Source: an uncultured Chloroflexia bacterium
GTDB lineage: Bacteria > Chloroflexota > Limnocylindria > Limnocylindrales > CSP1-4
Reading direction: 5' to 3'
Assembly (NCBI GenBank): GCA_963833225.1
Contig: CAWHXD010000017.1
Span: forward strand, 320,001-384,000
DNA: 64,000 bases
The notes below the pieces were generated by a model. That model saw only the letters and a list, made by a program, of their open reading frames with translations. It made no database searches and was not told the origin of the DNA. Each line of letters opens with the position of its first letter. Within the stretch, counting starts at the first letter, position 1. Made by a program: the position numbers and the translations under genes. Positions 29,702 through 40,611 of this stretch are shown here, piece by piece.

Positions 29702-30775
29702 CAGCCGTGCCTCCCGGTCAGCCCGGGGCCGGACGGGTGCCAGGGCGGCGGCGGCTCGTTGGCCGCCGGATCCGCGTACACGCCGTCGAGCGCCGTGAAC
29801 GGGTCGGCATCCGGCTCGGCCTCCGCGTGATCGGTGGCGTCCTCCACCAGCGCGGCGATCTCCGTGGCCAGGGCGCGCCTCGAGGTCCTCGGTCAGCACG
29901 CCGGCATCGCGCAGCTGGGCCCGGAAGATCGGCAGCGGATCGTGGGCGCGGCCCTCCGCCAGGTCAGACTCGGAGCGGTACTTCGTCTGCTGGTCGTCGG
30001 AGCTGTGCGCCGTGAGCCGGGTGACCACCGCCTCGACCAGCGTCGGCCCGCCTCCGGACCGCGCCCGGTCCACGGCCTCGCGCCCGACCCGATAGCACGC
30101 GAGGACGTCCGTCCCGTCGACGACCACGCCCGGGATCCCGTAGCCCGCCGCACGGGCGGCCACGCTGCCGCCGCCGACCTCTCGGTCCAGGGGCACGCTG
30201 ATCGCGTAGCCGTTGTTCTCGACCACGAACACGAACGGGAGCTGGTGGATCGAGGCGAAGTTGAGCGCCTCGTGGACGTCACCCTGGTTGGAGCTGCCCT
30301 CGCCCATCATCGCGACCGCGACCTGGCCGGTGCCGCGGATCTTCGCGGCCAGCGCGATGCCCGTCGCGTGCAGGATCTGGGTGGCCACCGGCGACGAGAC
30401 CGACACGATGTGGTGGGCCGGAGCGCCGTAGTGACCGGGCATCTGGCGCCCGCCCGAGCCCGGGTCGGAGGCCTTGGCGTACTGGGCGAGCATCACGTCG
30501 CGTGGCGTCATCCCGAACGCGAGGCAGGTGGCGATGGAGCGATAGAACGGGGCGACCCAGTCGTGACCCCGGCGCAGGGGCCAGGCAAGGCCGACCTGCG
30601 CGCCCTCGTGGCCCTGGCCGCTGATCACGAACGACAGGCGCCCGGCCCGGTTGAGCACCCACATCCGCTCGTCGATGGCCCGCGCGAGGGCCACGGTCCG
30701 GTACATGGCGAAGAGGTCCGCGTCGGACAGGCCGACCGATGCGGCGAGATCGCTGGCCCCGTGGGTGTCCGTCAT
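29701..30775 (-). CDS. 2-oxoacid (branched-chain-type) dehydrogenase E1 alpha (+1 frameshift near 29872)
   Basis: GQGHEG, GRQMPGH, TPP motif GEGSSNQGD...ENN, HSSDD; correct C-terminus recovered by removing one base. Confidence 0.92.
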
Positions 30776-30822
30776 TCCATCCCTCCCGTGGACGGGCGGA
30801 TCGGCATGGATATGGATGGCCC

Positions 30823-32266
30823 CTAGAAGTTGATGGCCCGGCCGTCGACCGCCATCGCGGTCTCGCCCAGGATCTCCGAGAACGTGGGGTGGGCGTGGGT
30901 CGTCGCCCCGATCTCCCAGGGCGTCGCCTCCAGGGTCATGGCCAGCGACGCTTCTGCGATCAGGTCGGTGGCGTGCGGCCCGATGATGTGGATGCCCGAG
31001 CGTCTCGTCGGTGTCGCGGTTGGCGATGATCTTGGTGAAGCCCTCGTACTCGCCCCCGATGATCGCCTTGCCGATCGCCTGGAACGGGACCTTGGCCACC
31101 TTGACCGGGAGGTCCTGCGCCTCGCACTGCGCCTGGGTCAGCCCCACCGAGGCGATCTCCGGGCGGCAGTAGGTGGCGCGGGGCTGCTTCACATAGTCCA
31201 TCTCGTGGACATCCGGGTCGCCGACGATCGTGTGGACCGCGATGATCCCCTCGTGGGCCGCCGTGTGCGCGAGCTGGAGCCCGCCGACGATGTCCCCGAT
31301 CGCGTACAGGTGCGGCTCCTTCGTCCGCAGGTGGCCGTCCACCTTGACGAGGCCGCGATCGAGCTCCGCGCCCGTGGTCTCGAGGCCGACGTCCTCCGTG
31401 TTCACGGCACGGCCGGCCGCGACCAGGAGCATCTCTGCCGCGAGCTCCTTCGCCTCGCCGCCCTCGGGGCCAACCGTCAGCCGCACCCCGCCGTCGTCGG
31501 CGATGACGCTGGTCGCGTCGAAGCGGGCATTGGTGATGACCGTGATCCCGCGGCGATTGAAGCTGCGCTCGAGCTCCTTGCTGACCTCGGCGTCCTCGAG
31601 CGGGACGATGGCCGGCAGGTACTCCAGCAGGGTGACCTTCGCGCCGAGGTCGTGGTACATCGACGCAAACTCCACGCCGACCGCCCCGGCCCCGACCACG
31701 ATGATGCTGGCCGGCATCGAGTCGCTCCGGAGCACGTCATCGGAGGTCACGATCCGCTTGCCGTCGGGGACGATCCCCGGCAGCGACTTGACCCGCGAGC
31801 CCGTCGCCAGCACGACATCCGTGCCGCTGAGCACGCGCTCGCCACCCGCGCCCGGGGTGCCGTCCTCGCCGGCCAGCTGCACGCGGACCTTCGTCGGCCC
31901 GTCCAGCCGGCCGCGCCCGGCGATCCAGGTCACGTCGTTCTTCTTGACCAGGCTCTGGAGGCCCTTCCACATCCGGGTCACGACCTGCTCGCGCCGCTTG
32001 GCGATCTGCGCGAAGTCCACCTCGGCGGGTCCGGCCAGCCGGAGGCCAAAGTCGCCGGCCTTGCGGACCTTCTCGGCCACGGCCGCCGACTCGAGCATGG
32101 CCTTGGTGGGGATGCAGCCGCGGTGGAGACAGGTGCCCCCGATCCGGTCCTCGTCCACGAGGGCGACGCGCAGGCCAAGCTGGGCGCCACGGAAGGCCGC
32201 GGCGTAGCCACCGGTGCCGGCACCGAGGACGATCAGGTCGAAATCATTGGAAGAGCCGACGGCCAT
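30823..32266 (-). CDS. lpdA: Dihydrolipoyl dehydrogenase (+1 frameshift near 30996)
   Basis: GAGTGG, GGTCLHRGCIPTK; C-terminal HAHPTFSE in the shifted frame. Confidence 0.95.
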
Positions 32267-32481
32267 CGGTCAGGGGGTCTCCGTTGCGGCCACGGGCGAA
32301 CTGGCGGGCGTGGGGCCGCGGGGCCATTCGTGGGGGTGTGGCATCGAGCCCGATCGTACACCGGCCCGCTCGACCGCCGGGGGAGAACCCGATACCGGCG
32401 AAGTCGGATGCCGGCCGTCTGGATGCGGGCGAGCTCGAATGCCGGCCGACCGGACGCCGGCGGGTTCGAGGACCGGTGAAT

Positions 32482-32519
32482 CGCAACGCCGGGCCGCGAG
32501 ATCGCGACCCGGCGTTGCG
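32482..32519 (-). terminator. Long hairpin after the zinc-ribbon gene
   Basis: CGCAACGCCGGG...CCCGGCGTTGCG with an inner CGCGA/TCGCG stem. Confidence 0.55.
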
Positions 32520-32531
32520 TGAGGCGCTGAG

Positions 32532-32912
32532 TCAGCCGCCGCGCTGGGTGCGGAAGCAGTCCGAGCAATAGACAGGCTTGCCATTGGTGGGCCGGAACGG
32601 GACCTTGGCTTCCTTGCCACAGCTTGAGCAGGTTGCCGAGAACATCTCCCGCGGCCCGCTGGAGCGCTGGCCGTAGCCGCCGGCGGAATAGCCACCACCG
32701 CCGCCGTAGCCGCCGGAGTCATAGCCGCCGCTCGAGTACGAGCCGCCGCCATACCCACCGCTGTCACCCGCGCGCGCGGCCTTGCGGCTTGCGCGGCACG
32801 ACGGGCAGCGACGGGGCTCCGAGAATCCCTTCTCGGTATAGAACTCCTGCTCGCGCTCTGTGAATGCGAACTCCATTCCGCAGTCGGAACAGGTAAGGGT
32901 CTTGTCGGCCAC
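32532..32912 (-). CDS. Zinc-ribbon / CxxC-x17-CxxC domain protein
   Basis: DKTLTCSDCG..FTEREQEFY..PRRCPSCR, Gly/Tyr linker, CSSCG..VPFRP..PVYCSDCF; GGAGGAG RBS. Confidence 0.93.
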   Translation of the reverse strand: MADKTLTCSDCGMEFAFTEREQEFYTEKGFSEPRRCPSCRASRKAARAGDSGGYGGGSYSSGGYDSGGYGGGGGYSAGGYGQRSSGPREMFSATCSSCGKEAKVPFRPTNGKPVYCSDCFRTQRGG

Positions 32913-33110
32913 GTGCCGATCTCCTCCAGTTGTCGCCGCCTCTTGCCCGGGTCCTCGAGTTTTGCAGATGCTGGCCGGAGGAAACCGTGTGCCGAACGTG
33001 CGAACGAAATGAGCATGCGCGGCTGTCCGCGCGAGGTGAGCATACGCGGTCATCGCAACCGTGGCGACACCTTTTTCCACCCGTTTCGCAGGCTTCGCCC
33101 GCGGAGCGCC

Positions 33111-34745
33111 TCAATCGACCGCCGGAACGGCGTACTCGCGGCGGGCGCCGGCGAGGTATCGCTCGATCTCAACGGCCTGGCGGTCCCCATCCCAGCCGAG
33201 GGCCTCACCGGCGATCCGGGCCACGCGCGGGGCGATCCCCTCGCCGCGATCGCGGAGCACCGGGGCCAGCCGGATCCGGCGTGCGAGCAGGTCATCCAGG
33301 CTCATCGCCTGCTCCTGCTCCACGCCCCAGGCGATCTCCGCCTCGAGGTACGGGTGGCCGGCGAGGAGCGGGCGGACGAGATCACGGGCGCGGCCGACGC
33401 TCACGACCTCGGGTGCCCGCGTCCCGTGGCGGTCAACGAGGCTGCGTGCCTGGTCATCGTCGAGGCCCTCGTCGCGGACCATCTGCCTGGCCAGCGCGTC
33501 AAGGGTCGCGATCGGCGCGGCGCCGTCGATCGGCAGCTCGGCGGTGGCCGACGGCCTGCCGCGTCCGGCCGAACCGAGGACGGCATCCACGGCGTCGCGA
33601 GCCATGACCCGGTAGGTCGTGTACTTGCCGCCGCTCACGCGCACCAGCCCGGGCGCCTCGACGGCCACCCGGTGCTCCCGGGAGACCTTCACCGACGAGC
33701 TCGCGTCGGTGGGTGCGACCAGCGGGCGGAGCCCGGCGTAGGTGCCGGTGATGTCGTCACGGCCCATCCGCAGGTCGAGGGCGCCGTTGAGCGTGCCCAG
33801 GATCTCGTCCACCTCGGCGCCATCGGTGACGACGTGGTCGAGCGGCCCGCGGTAGGGGTGGTCCGTGGTGCCGATGATCCAGTGTCGCGGCCACGGGACC
33901 AGGAACGCGACCCGGCCCGGGATCCGCAGCGTCATGCCGCCGCGCGCGGGGATCCGGTCTCGCTCGATGACGAGGTGGCTGCCGCGGGCCGGCAGGATCT
34001 CGAACGACCCGCCGCCGAAGGGCCGATCAGGGAGGGCGCCCCAGACGCCGGTCGCATCGAGCACGGACGTCGCCCGGACGTCGGCAGAGGCGCCGGTGAG
34101 CAGGTCCGTCACCGTGGCGCCGGTCACCCGCTCGCCAGCGAGGAGCGGCGCCGTCGCCCGGACGCGGGTCACGACCGCCGCGGCCCCGTCGGCCCCGTCG
34201 AGCGCCGTGCGGATGACCGCGAGCGTGAACCGCGCGTCGTCCTCCATCGCATCGTGGTAGAGCAGGGCACCCCGGAGGTCGCGGCGGACCAGGTTCGGGG
34301 CATAGGCCAGCGTCTCGTCGACACCCAGGTGCCGATGTCTGCCGGCCGACGCGGCTGAGCCGAGCAGGTCGTAAGCGGTCAGGCCTGCCTCGTAGAAGGC
34401 CCGCGTGATCCCGCGGGGCCCGTAGATCGGGAACAGGAACGCCTCCAGCCGGACCAGGTGCGGCGCGAGCCTGAGGAGCCGGGCCCGCTCGGCCAGCGCC
34501 TCGCGCACGAGGCCAACCTCGCCCTGCTGGAGATACCGGAGCCCGCCGTGGATCAGCCGGCTGGAGCGGGAGCTGGTCCCGGACGCGATGTCATCCTGCT
34601 CGACCAGGGCGACCTTCATGCCGCGCGAGACGGCATCGAGCAGGGCTCCGGCTCCCACGATCCCGCCACCCACGATCAGCAGGTCCCAGCGCTCGTCGGC
34701 GAGGCGGGCGAGGTCCGTGGTGCGGCGCGCGAGCGGGTCGGCCAT
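33111..34745 (-). CDS. glpD: FAD-dependent glycerol-3-phosphate dehydrogenase
   Basis: IVGGGIVG, SGTSSRSSRLIHGGLRYL, GGKYTTYR. Confidence 0.93.
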   Translation of the reverse strand: MADPLARRTTDLARLADERWDLLIVGGGIVGAGALLDAVSRGMKVALVEQDDIASGTSSRSSRLIHGGLRYLQQGEVGLVREALAERARLLRLAPHLVRLEAFLFPIYGPRGITRAFYEAGLTAYDLLGSAASAGRHRHLGVDETLAYAPNLVRRDLRGALLYHDAMEDDARFTLAVIRTALDGADGAAAVVTRVRATAPLLAGERVTGATVTDLLTGASADVRATSVLDATGVWGALPDRPFGGGSFEILPARGSHLVIERDRIPARGGMTLRIPGRVAFLVPWPRHWIIGTTDHPYRGPLDHVVTDGAEVDEILGTLNGALDLRMGRDDITGTYAGLRPLVAPTDASSSVKVSREHRVAVEAPGLVRVSGGKYTTYRVMARDAVDAVLGSAGRGRPSATAELPIDGAAPIATLDALARQMVRDEGLDDDQARSLVDRHGTRAPEVVSVGRARDLVRPLLAGHPYLEAEIAWGVEQEQAMSLDDLLARRIRLAPVLRDRGEGIAPRVARIAGEALGWDGDRQAVEIERYLAGARREYAVPAVD

Positions 34746-34771
34746 CTTCGGTGCTCCTGTCCTGCCGGCGA

Positions 34772-34978
34772 TCAGGCGCCCGGCCGGCGCAGGATCCGCC
34801 ACAGGACGAAGCCGGTTCCGGCGATCAGGACGACGATCAGCAGCGGCGTGTGGAACACGACGGCCTGGCCGTCCGCGGGCAGCAATGCCGTGAGGCCCGC
34901 GGCCGCCATCACGACCAGCACCGCGGCCGCGGCCACGAGCAGCACCGCGCGGATGCCTGGCTGGCGAGCCTGGGTCAC
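34772..34978 (-). CDS. Small 2-TM membrane protein
   Basis: Two hydrophobic helices; sits between nnrE and glpD on the same strand. Confidence 0.65.
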   Translation of the reverse strand: MTQARQPGIRAVLLVAAAAVLVVMAAAGLTALLPADGQAVVFHTPLLIVVLIAGTGFVLWRILRRPGA

Positions 34979-34984
34979 GGGCCG

Positions 34985-35767
34985 CTAGCTCCGGTCCGCC
35001 TCGGGCGGGATGCCGATCGGGGCGACCAGCACCCGGCCCGCGAGCCGGCGTCCGGCACGGGATCGAAGCCCCGTCTTGGGGCGGTGGAACGTGACCGTGA
35101 GATCGGCGCGGACCACGGGATCCGAGGGGTCGCCGGAGGTGAGGTCAACGGCGGTTGGCGTGTCGACCGCGAGGACCGGCACGCCGGCCTCGTGGGCGCG
35201 GCGGATGACCTCGACCGCGGTGCGGACCGGCTCGCGGAGCTGTCCCCGGACCCCCGTGCCGAGGAGCGCGTCGACGACGATCGACGCCTTCTCGATCCCC
35301 TGCCCCAGGATCGCCAGATCACGGGCGACGGGCGCGTGGATCTTGGTCACGTTGGCCATGTCGTCCAGGCGTTTCCAGTTCCTGGCCGCGTCCGGGGTCC
35401 GCGGGCGCGGATCGGCGGCGACCAGGACGGCGATCACCGGCGTTCCCCACTCCGCGAGACGGCGGGCGGCCACGAACCCGTCGCCGCCATTGTTGCCGGG
35501 CCCGGCGAGCACCAGGACCGGCCTGGCCTCACGCGCGTTGAACGCGACCAGTGCGCGGGCCGCCGCCGCGACGGCCGTCCCGGCGTGCTCCATGAGCTCC
35601 TCGCCGGGCGTCCCCAGCGCCTGCGCCTTGCGGTCGGCACCGGTCATCGCCTCGGCCGTGATCGCGGTCCGGGCGGCAGCCGGCGCCCAGCGCAGCTCCA
35701 GCTCATCGAGCGTGAGCGCGTGCAGCTCCGGGTCATGGGCGGGCAGGGGCGCGGTCGTGGGGGGCAC
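34985..35767 (-). CDS. nnrE: NAD(P)H-hydrate epimerase (stand-alone YjeF_N)
   Basis: LMEHAG, GPGNNGGDG, VDALLGTG, AVDTPT. Confidence 0.92.
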   Translation of the reverse strand: MPPTTAPLPAHDPELHALTLDELELRWAPAAARTAITAEAMTGADRKAQALGTPGEELMEHAGTAVAAAARALVAFNAREARPVLVLAGPGNNGGDGFVAARRLAEWGTPVIAVLVAADPRPRTPDAARNWKRLDDMANVTKIHAPVARDLAILGQGIEKASIVVDALLGTGVRGQLREPVRTAVEVIRRAHEAGVPVLAVDTPTAVDLTSGDPSDPVVRADLTVTFHRPKTGLRSRAGRRLAGRVLVAPIGIPPEADRS

Positions 35768-35800
35768 GGCGCAAGGGTACCGCGCACGGTCCCGGCGGGC

Positions 35801-36736
35801 CTATCGCGGGAGCCGGGCCTCGGGGACGCCGGCCGCGCCCTCCCGCGCCTCGAGCAGCCCCTCGCGGGCCATCGCCAGCACCGACTCGCGCACGGCTCCC
35901 GCGGGGTGATCGCCGATCGCGTCGTCGTACACGACCCACGTCCCGTCGCCGGCGTCGCGCGCCAGCTCCAGGATCCGGCCGCGGAGCCAGCGGCGCGTGG
36001 ACGGGAACGCGGGCTCCGGCCGGCGGCGCGGGGCGGTGCCGACCGCATCGGCGGGCGGCCGCGCGCCCGCCGCATAGCGGCACCACGCGATGACCGGGCA
36101 GTCGGCGCAGCGCGGCCTCGACGGCCGGCACAGGCGGGCGCCCAGGTCCATCAGCGCGTGGGTCCAGGCACCCGGCCGGTCGGGTGGGACGGCGGCATCG
36201 GCGAGCGCCTGCATCGCGGCCACGGAGTACGCCTCGGGCCCACCCGCCGCGATCCGCCCCAGGACGCGACGGACGTTGGTGTCGACCGCCCCGGCCGGCG
36301 TCCCGAACGCGATCGCCGCTACCGCCCGCGCCGTGTACGGACCCACGCCCGGCAGCCTCTCGAGCGCGTCCACCGACGACGGCACGACGCCCGAGTGATC
36401 ACGCACGATCGCCTGGGCCGTCCGGTGCAGGTGCACGGCCCGCCGGTTGTAGCCAAGCCCGGCCCACGCCCGGACCACCTCCGCGACAGGCGCAACCGCC
36501 AGGTCGCGAACGGTGGGCCAGCGAGCCATCCACGCGGTCCAGGCCTCGGCCGCCCGCTCTGCCTGGGTCTGCTGGGCCATCAGCTCCGACACGAGGACCG
36601 AGTACGGGTCCGCGCTGGCCCGGAAGGCGAGCTGGCGCCCGGTGGCGTCGTACCACGCCAGGAGGGCGTCGCGAGCGTCGGTTGGCAGCGGGTCGACGGC
36701 GGGCAGCGGGTCGACGGGCGGTGTGGGGTCGGTCAC
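35801..36736 (-). CDS. mutY: A/G-specific adenine glycosylase (short form)
   Basis: VSELMAQQT, WAGLGYNRRA, LPGVGPYTA, VDTNVRR, Fe-S motif CRPSRPRCADCPVIAWC. Confidence 0.92.
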   Translation of the reverse strand: MTDPTPPVDPLPAVDPLPTDARDALLAWYDATGRQLAFRASADPYSVLVSELMAQQTQAERAAEAWTAWMARWPTVRDLAVAPVAEVVRAWAGLGYNRRAVHLHRTAQAIVRDHSGVVPSSVDALERLPGVGPYTARAVAAIAFGTPAGAVDTNVRRVLGRIAAGGPEAYSVAAMQALADAAVPPDRPGAWTHALMDLGARLCRPSRPRCADCPVIAWCRYAAGARPPADAVGTAPRRRPEPAFPSTRRWLRGRILELARDAGDGTWVVYDDAIGDHPAGAVRESVLAMAREGLLEAREGAAGVPEARLPR

Positions 36737-36754
36737 CCTGCCAAGGGTACGGAA

Positions 36755-37733
36755 CTAGGCGTCGAAGCGGACGGCGAGATAGCCCACCGTCCGGTCGGGC
36801 GGGCCGCCGGCATCGGCCGAGGTCGAGGCCGCGAGCAACGTCCCGCGCGACGCCCCCATGGCCCGCAGCGCCGCCAGCCCGAGAACGGCGGGCTCGATCC
36901 CGCACATGCCGCAGGCGACGCCCCGGATGCCGGCGACGCCGGCATCGCGAACCGCCGCCTCCTCGCGCGGCGAGCCGGACGGGATCGACCGCCGCGATCG
37001 CCGGCCACAGCCGCTCGGTCACGGCCTCGCACGCCGCGGCCGCTGGGTAGTGCGCCATGTCTGAGCTGATCGCCAGCACGACCGTGTCCCCCGCGTGCCG
37101 CCGGGCTGCCAGCAGCCTGCCGAGCCGCTCCCCCGCTTCGACCGCTCGCTCTCCCGTGCCGGATGCGACCGCGAGGGCCACAATCCTGGCGCCCGGCGAC
37201 GCGACGGCCAGCAGCGGCAGCTGGACCTCGATCGAGTGCTCGCCGATGTGGGCAGCTGGGTCGGCCGTGAACGGCTCGCCGAGCGCGACCACCTCGGTGG
37301 TGAGGGCGTGGTCCACCTGGACCAGGTCCGCCGGCGTGACCCACGGCCCGCGATCCCAGGCCCCGATGCCGTCGAGCCAGCCCGCACCGTGGTTCGTGCC
37401 CAGGATCACGACGGTCAGGCCCGGGGCGACCGCGTCGTCGTCGGTCGCGGCGCCGGTGGCGGCATCGTCTTGGCCGGCATCGTCGTGCGCGGCCGGAGCC
37501 GGCAGGGTCGCCCACCCGGCGGCGGCCGGAACCCCCGAGTACACGAGCCCCGCGTGCGGGACGAGGAGCCCAAGGGGCGGCGCGGATGCCGCGGATCGGG
37601 CGCCGGGCAGCTGCGAGGCGGCCTCGTAGAGCGCGGCGACCAGCTCGTCGAGCTGCTCGGGGGACGATGGATAGAAGCTCCCGGCCACCGCCGCCGGCCG
37701 GACCGGCCCGTGGCTCGTGGCGGCGTCGCTCAT
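36755..37733 (-). CDS. amrB: AmmeMemoRadiSam protein B (MEMO1 family; +1 frameshift near 36965)
   Basis: RPAAVAGSFYP, VPHAGLVYSG, EHSIEVQLP, SSDMAHY; MCG and TVGY in the shifted frame. Confidence 0.9.
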
Positions 37734-38785
37734 GGCCGCGCTCGCTCCCAGATACCCTCGATCACTCGACCGCAGCCCGGGCACCGGCCCCCCGCCTCCA
37801 GGCGCGAACGCGCCCGGTACCCACGCCGCTCCACGACGACGAGCTCACACCCCGGGCAGCGCGTGTCCTCTCGCCCGAGCTCGGGCGCATTGCCCACGTA
37901 GACATAGCGGAGGCCGGCCTCACGGCCGATCTCGGCCGCCCGGAGCAGCGTCGCTGGCGGCGTCGGGGGGACATCCGACATGCGGTAGGCGGGGTGGAAG
38001 CGCGAGACGTGCCATGGCACCCCGGGTCCCAGCCGTTCCACGATCCACTCGGTCAGCGCCCGCAGCTCCGCGTCGGAGTCGTTGTGCCCCGGGATCACGA
38101 GGGTCGTCAGCTCCAGCCAGGTGCCCGCCGCGTGGTACGCCTCGATCGCCTCGAGCACGTGGGCCAGGCGCGCCCCGCACAGGCGCCGGTAGAAGGCGTC
38201 GTCGAAGCTCTTGAGGTCCACGTTGGCCGCGTCGAGCACCCCCGCCAGCAGCCCGACCGCCTCCGGCGTCGCGTAGCCATCGGTCACGAACAGGTTGCGC
38301 AGGCCGGCGCCGCGGGCCAGCCGCCCGACGTCGAGCGCGTACTCCAGGAACACGGTGGGCTCGACGTACGTGTAGGCGATCGAGGTCGCGCCCGCCCGCT
38401 GGGCCTCGGCCACGACCGCGGCCGGCGACATCGGCCGCTGCTCCAGCTCCATGCCCAGCCGGGGTGCCATCGCGAGCTCCCAGTTCTGGCAGAAGGTGCA
38501 GTGGAAGGGACAGCCCGGCGTGGCGATCGAGTACGCGAGCGAGCCCGGGTCGACGTGGAACAGCGGCTTCTTCTCGATCGGGTCGATGCCGAGGGCGGCG
38601 ATCGCGCCGTACGCCTCGCACCACAGGGTCCCGCCGCGGTTCTCCCGGACACCGCAGATCCCGCGGCGGCCGTCGCGGACCAGGCAGCGATGCGCGCACG
38701 TGGCGCACCGGACCGCGCCGTCATCGGCCGGCGTCGCGAGGAGCGTCGGGACGGGCGCGGGGTGCGAGGTGGTCCGGGTCGCCAT
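37730..38785 (-). CDS. amrS: AmmeMemoRadiSam radical SAM enzyme
   Basis: CATCAHRC, DPIEKKPLFH, GCPFHCTFCQNW, YTYVEP, SRFHP. Confidence 0.95.
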   Translation of the reverse strand: MATRTTSHPAPVPTLLATPADDGAVRCATCAHRCLVRDGRRGICGVRENRGGTLWCEAYGAIAALGIDPIEKKPLFHVDPGSLAYSIATPGCPFHCTFCQNWELAMAPRLGMELEQRPMSPAAVVAEAQRAGATSIAYTYVEPTVFLEYALDVGRLARGAGLRNLFVTDGYATPEAVGLLAGVLDAANVDLKSFDDAFYRRLCGARLAHVLEAIEAYHAAGTWLELTTLVIPGHNDSDAELRALTEWIVERLGPGVPWHVSRFHPAYRMSDVPPTPPATLLRAAEIGREAGLRYVYVGNAPELGREDTRCPGCELVVVERRGYRARSRLEAGGRCPGCGRVIEGIWERARP

Positions 38786-38912
38786 GGCCTTCGCCCAGTG
38801 TCACCCAGGGACGGCGCCGGCCCCAGTGCCGCCCGGTCCGGAATCGGGGCGTTCGGACCCTGCCATGGGGCGGCCGTCCGCGCGAGGATCACGGTGGACG
38901 GAGGTTCCTGCC

Positions 38913-39521
38913 ATGCCGAACCAGCCCGACACCCCCATCGCGCCGGGGGGTCCCGCCGCCGTGGAGCTCTCGAGCGCGGAGCGATCGCGCCTGCTGGAGC
39001 TCGCCAGGACGGCCGTCGCGGTCGCCGTTGGCGCCCGGCCCCGGGAGGAGCTGCAGACGCTGGTCGATACCGGGCCGCGCCCTGCCCTGCGCGCGGGCGC
39101 GTTCGTCACCCTGACCGAGGATGACCAGCTGCGCGGATGCATGGGCCGGCTCGACGACGGGCAGCCGGCCTGGGTCTCGGTGGTCGAGGCGGCCCGGCTG
39201 GCGGCGCTCGGGGACCCGCGCTTCGGCGCCGTCACGCATCGCGAGCTGCCGCGGCTCCACCTGGAGGTCTCGGTGCTGGGGCCGATGGAGCCGCTGTCGG
39301 ACCCCGCGGCGTTCCGGCCCGGGACCGACGGGCTCCTGATCTCGCGCGGCGGGCGCCGGGGGCTGCTGCTGCCCGAGGTCGCGGGGATGCTCGAGCCGCG
39401 CCACGACGCGATGCTCGATGCGGTCTGCCACAAGGCCGGCCTGCCGACGGATGCCTGGCGCGACCCGCAGACCGAGCTGCTGGTCTTCCGGACCTGCCGG
39501 TTCGGCGGTTCCGCGGCCTGA
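38913..39521 (+). CDS. amrA: AmmeMemoRadiSam protein A (AMMECR1 family)
   Basis: GAFVTL..LRGCMG, DPRF, EVSVL, LLLPEV, KAGL. Confidence 0.93.
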   Translation: MPNQPDTPIAPGGPAAVELSSAERSRLLELARTAVAVAVGARPREELQTLVDTGPRPALRAGAFVTLTEDDQLRGCMGRLDDGQPAWVSVVEAARLAALGDPRFGAVTHRELPRLHLEVSVLGPMEPLSDPAAFRPGTDGLLISRGGRRGLLLPEVAGMLEPRHDAMLDAVCHKAGLPTDAWRDPQTELLVFRTCRFGGSAA

Positions 39522-39583
39522 GCTGGGCGCATCCCCGGTCCACCGGCGGCCGTACCATGGCCCGACGCATGGAGGAGTCCACG

Positions 39584-40507
39584 GTGACGCGGTTCGGAGC
39601 CGCCTTCTGGGCGCAGCACACGGGCTGGCCCGAGCTACGGGATGCCGTGCTGCGGGCGGAAGCCGCCGGCTTCGACGACCTGTGGATCGACGACCACCTC
39701 CTGTCCGACGAGGCCCAGTCGCCCGATCCCAAGCTCGAGGGCTGGACGGCGCTCGCGGCCATCGCCGCGGTGACCACCCGGGCGCGGGTGGGGCACATGG
39801 TCGTCGCCAACACGTTCCGCAACCCGGGTCTCACCGCCAAGATGGCCACCACCGTGGACCACGTTTCCGGTGGGCGGTTCGTGCTCGGCCTGGGCGCCGG
39901 GTGGTTCGAGCGGGAGCACGAGGCGTTCGGCCTCGACTTCGGGAGTGGCGTGGGCGAGCGGCTCGACCGGCTGGGAGAGGCCGTGCCGCTGATCCGCCGC
40001 CTGCTGGACGGCGAGACGGTCACCCACGAGGGCCGGTTCTACGCGTTCCGCGACGCCATCTGCGCCCCGCGCCCCGTGCAGCCGCACCTCCCGATCCTCA
40101 TCGGCGGCGCCGGCCCCAGGAAGACGCTGCCGCTGGTTGCCCGGTATGCCGACCTGTGGAACACGTACGGGACCCCCGCTGAGCTCGCCGCCCACGACGC
40201 CAACCTGCGTGCCTCCTGCGAGGCTGCCGGGCGTGACGAGCGGGAGATCGAGCGCACGGTCAACGTCAACATCGTGATCCGCGAGACGCGCAAGGCGGCC
40301 GAGCGGGCATGGTCCGGGTGGGCGGCCGTCCACCGGCCGCAGGACGGCGAGGACCGGTTGTCGGCGGCGGGCACGGTCGAGGAGGTGGCCGAGGCACTCG
40401 CCCGTTACCAGGCGGTGGGGTTCGCGCACCCGGTGCTGGTGTTCCGGACGCCGTGGGACCTCGAGACGATGGACCGGCTGCCGGAGCTGCGGGCGGCGCT
40501 GGGCTGA
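39584..40507 (+). CDS. LLM-class (probably F420-dependent) oxidoreductase
   Basis: WIDDH, NTFRNP, DHVSGGRFVLGLGAGW, ILIGGAG; GGAGGAG RBS before GTG. Confidence 0.9.
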   Translation: MTRFGAAFWAQHTGWPELRDAVLRAEAAGFDDLWIDDHLLSDEAQSPDPKLEGWTALAAIAAVTTRARVGHMVVANTFRNPGLTAKMATTVDHVSGGRFVLGLGAGWFEREHEAFGLDFGSGVGERLDRLGEAVPLIRRLLDGETVTHEGRFYAFRDAICAPRPVQPHLPILIGGAGPRKTLPLVARYADLWNTYGTPAELAAHDANLRASCEAAGRDEREIERTVNVNIVIRETRKAAERAWSGWAAVHRPQDGEDRLSAAGTVEEVAEALARYQAVGFAHPVLVFRTPWDLETMDRLPELRAALG

Positions 40508-40611
40508 GCCCCCGGGGGTCCGTTGCCGCAGCCCGGTTGACGGGAGTCGCGGCGCGGGACGCCACGGCGGGCGGCATCCGATGGCGCGCCGACGTGCGCC
40601 ACGGCCACGTC

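Noticed and set aside
28718-32266. Apparent 1182-aa LpdA-E1alpha-E1beta triple fusion ORF
   Set aside because: The junctions are out-of-frame nonsense; the true C-termini and stops of lpdA (30823) and E1-alpha (29701) lie in the shifted frame, so two +1 errors create the fusion
38800-38862. DosR-like boxes between amrS and amrA
   Set aside because: Matches are too weak for such GC-rich DNA
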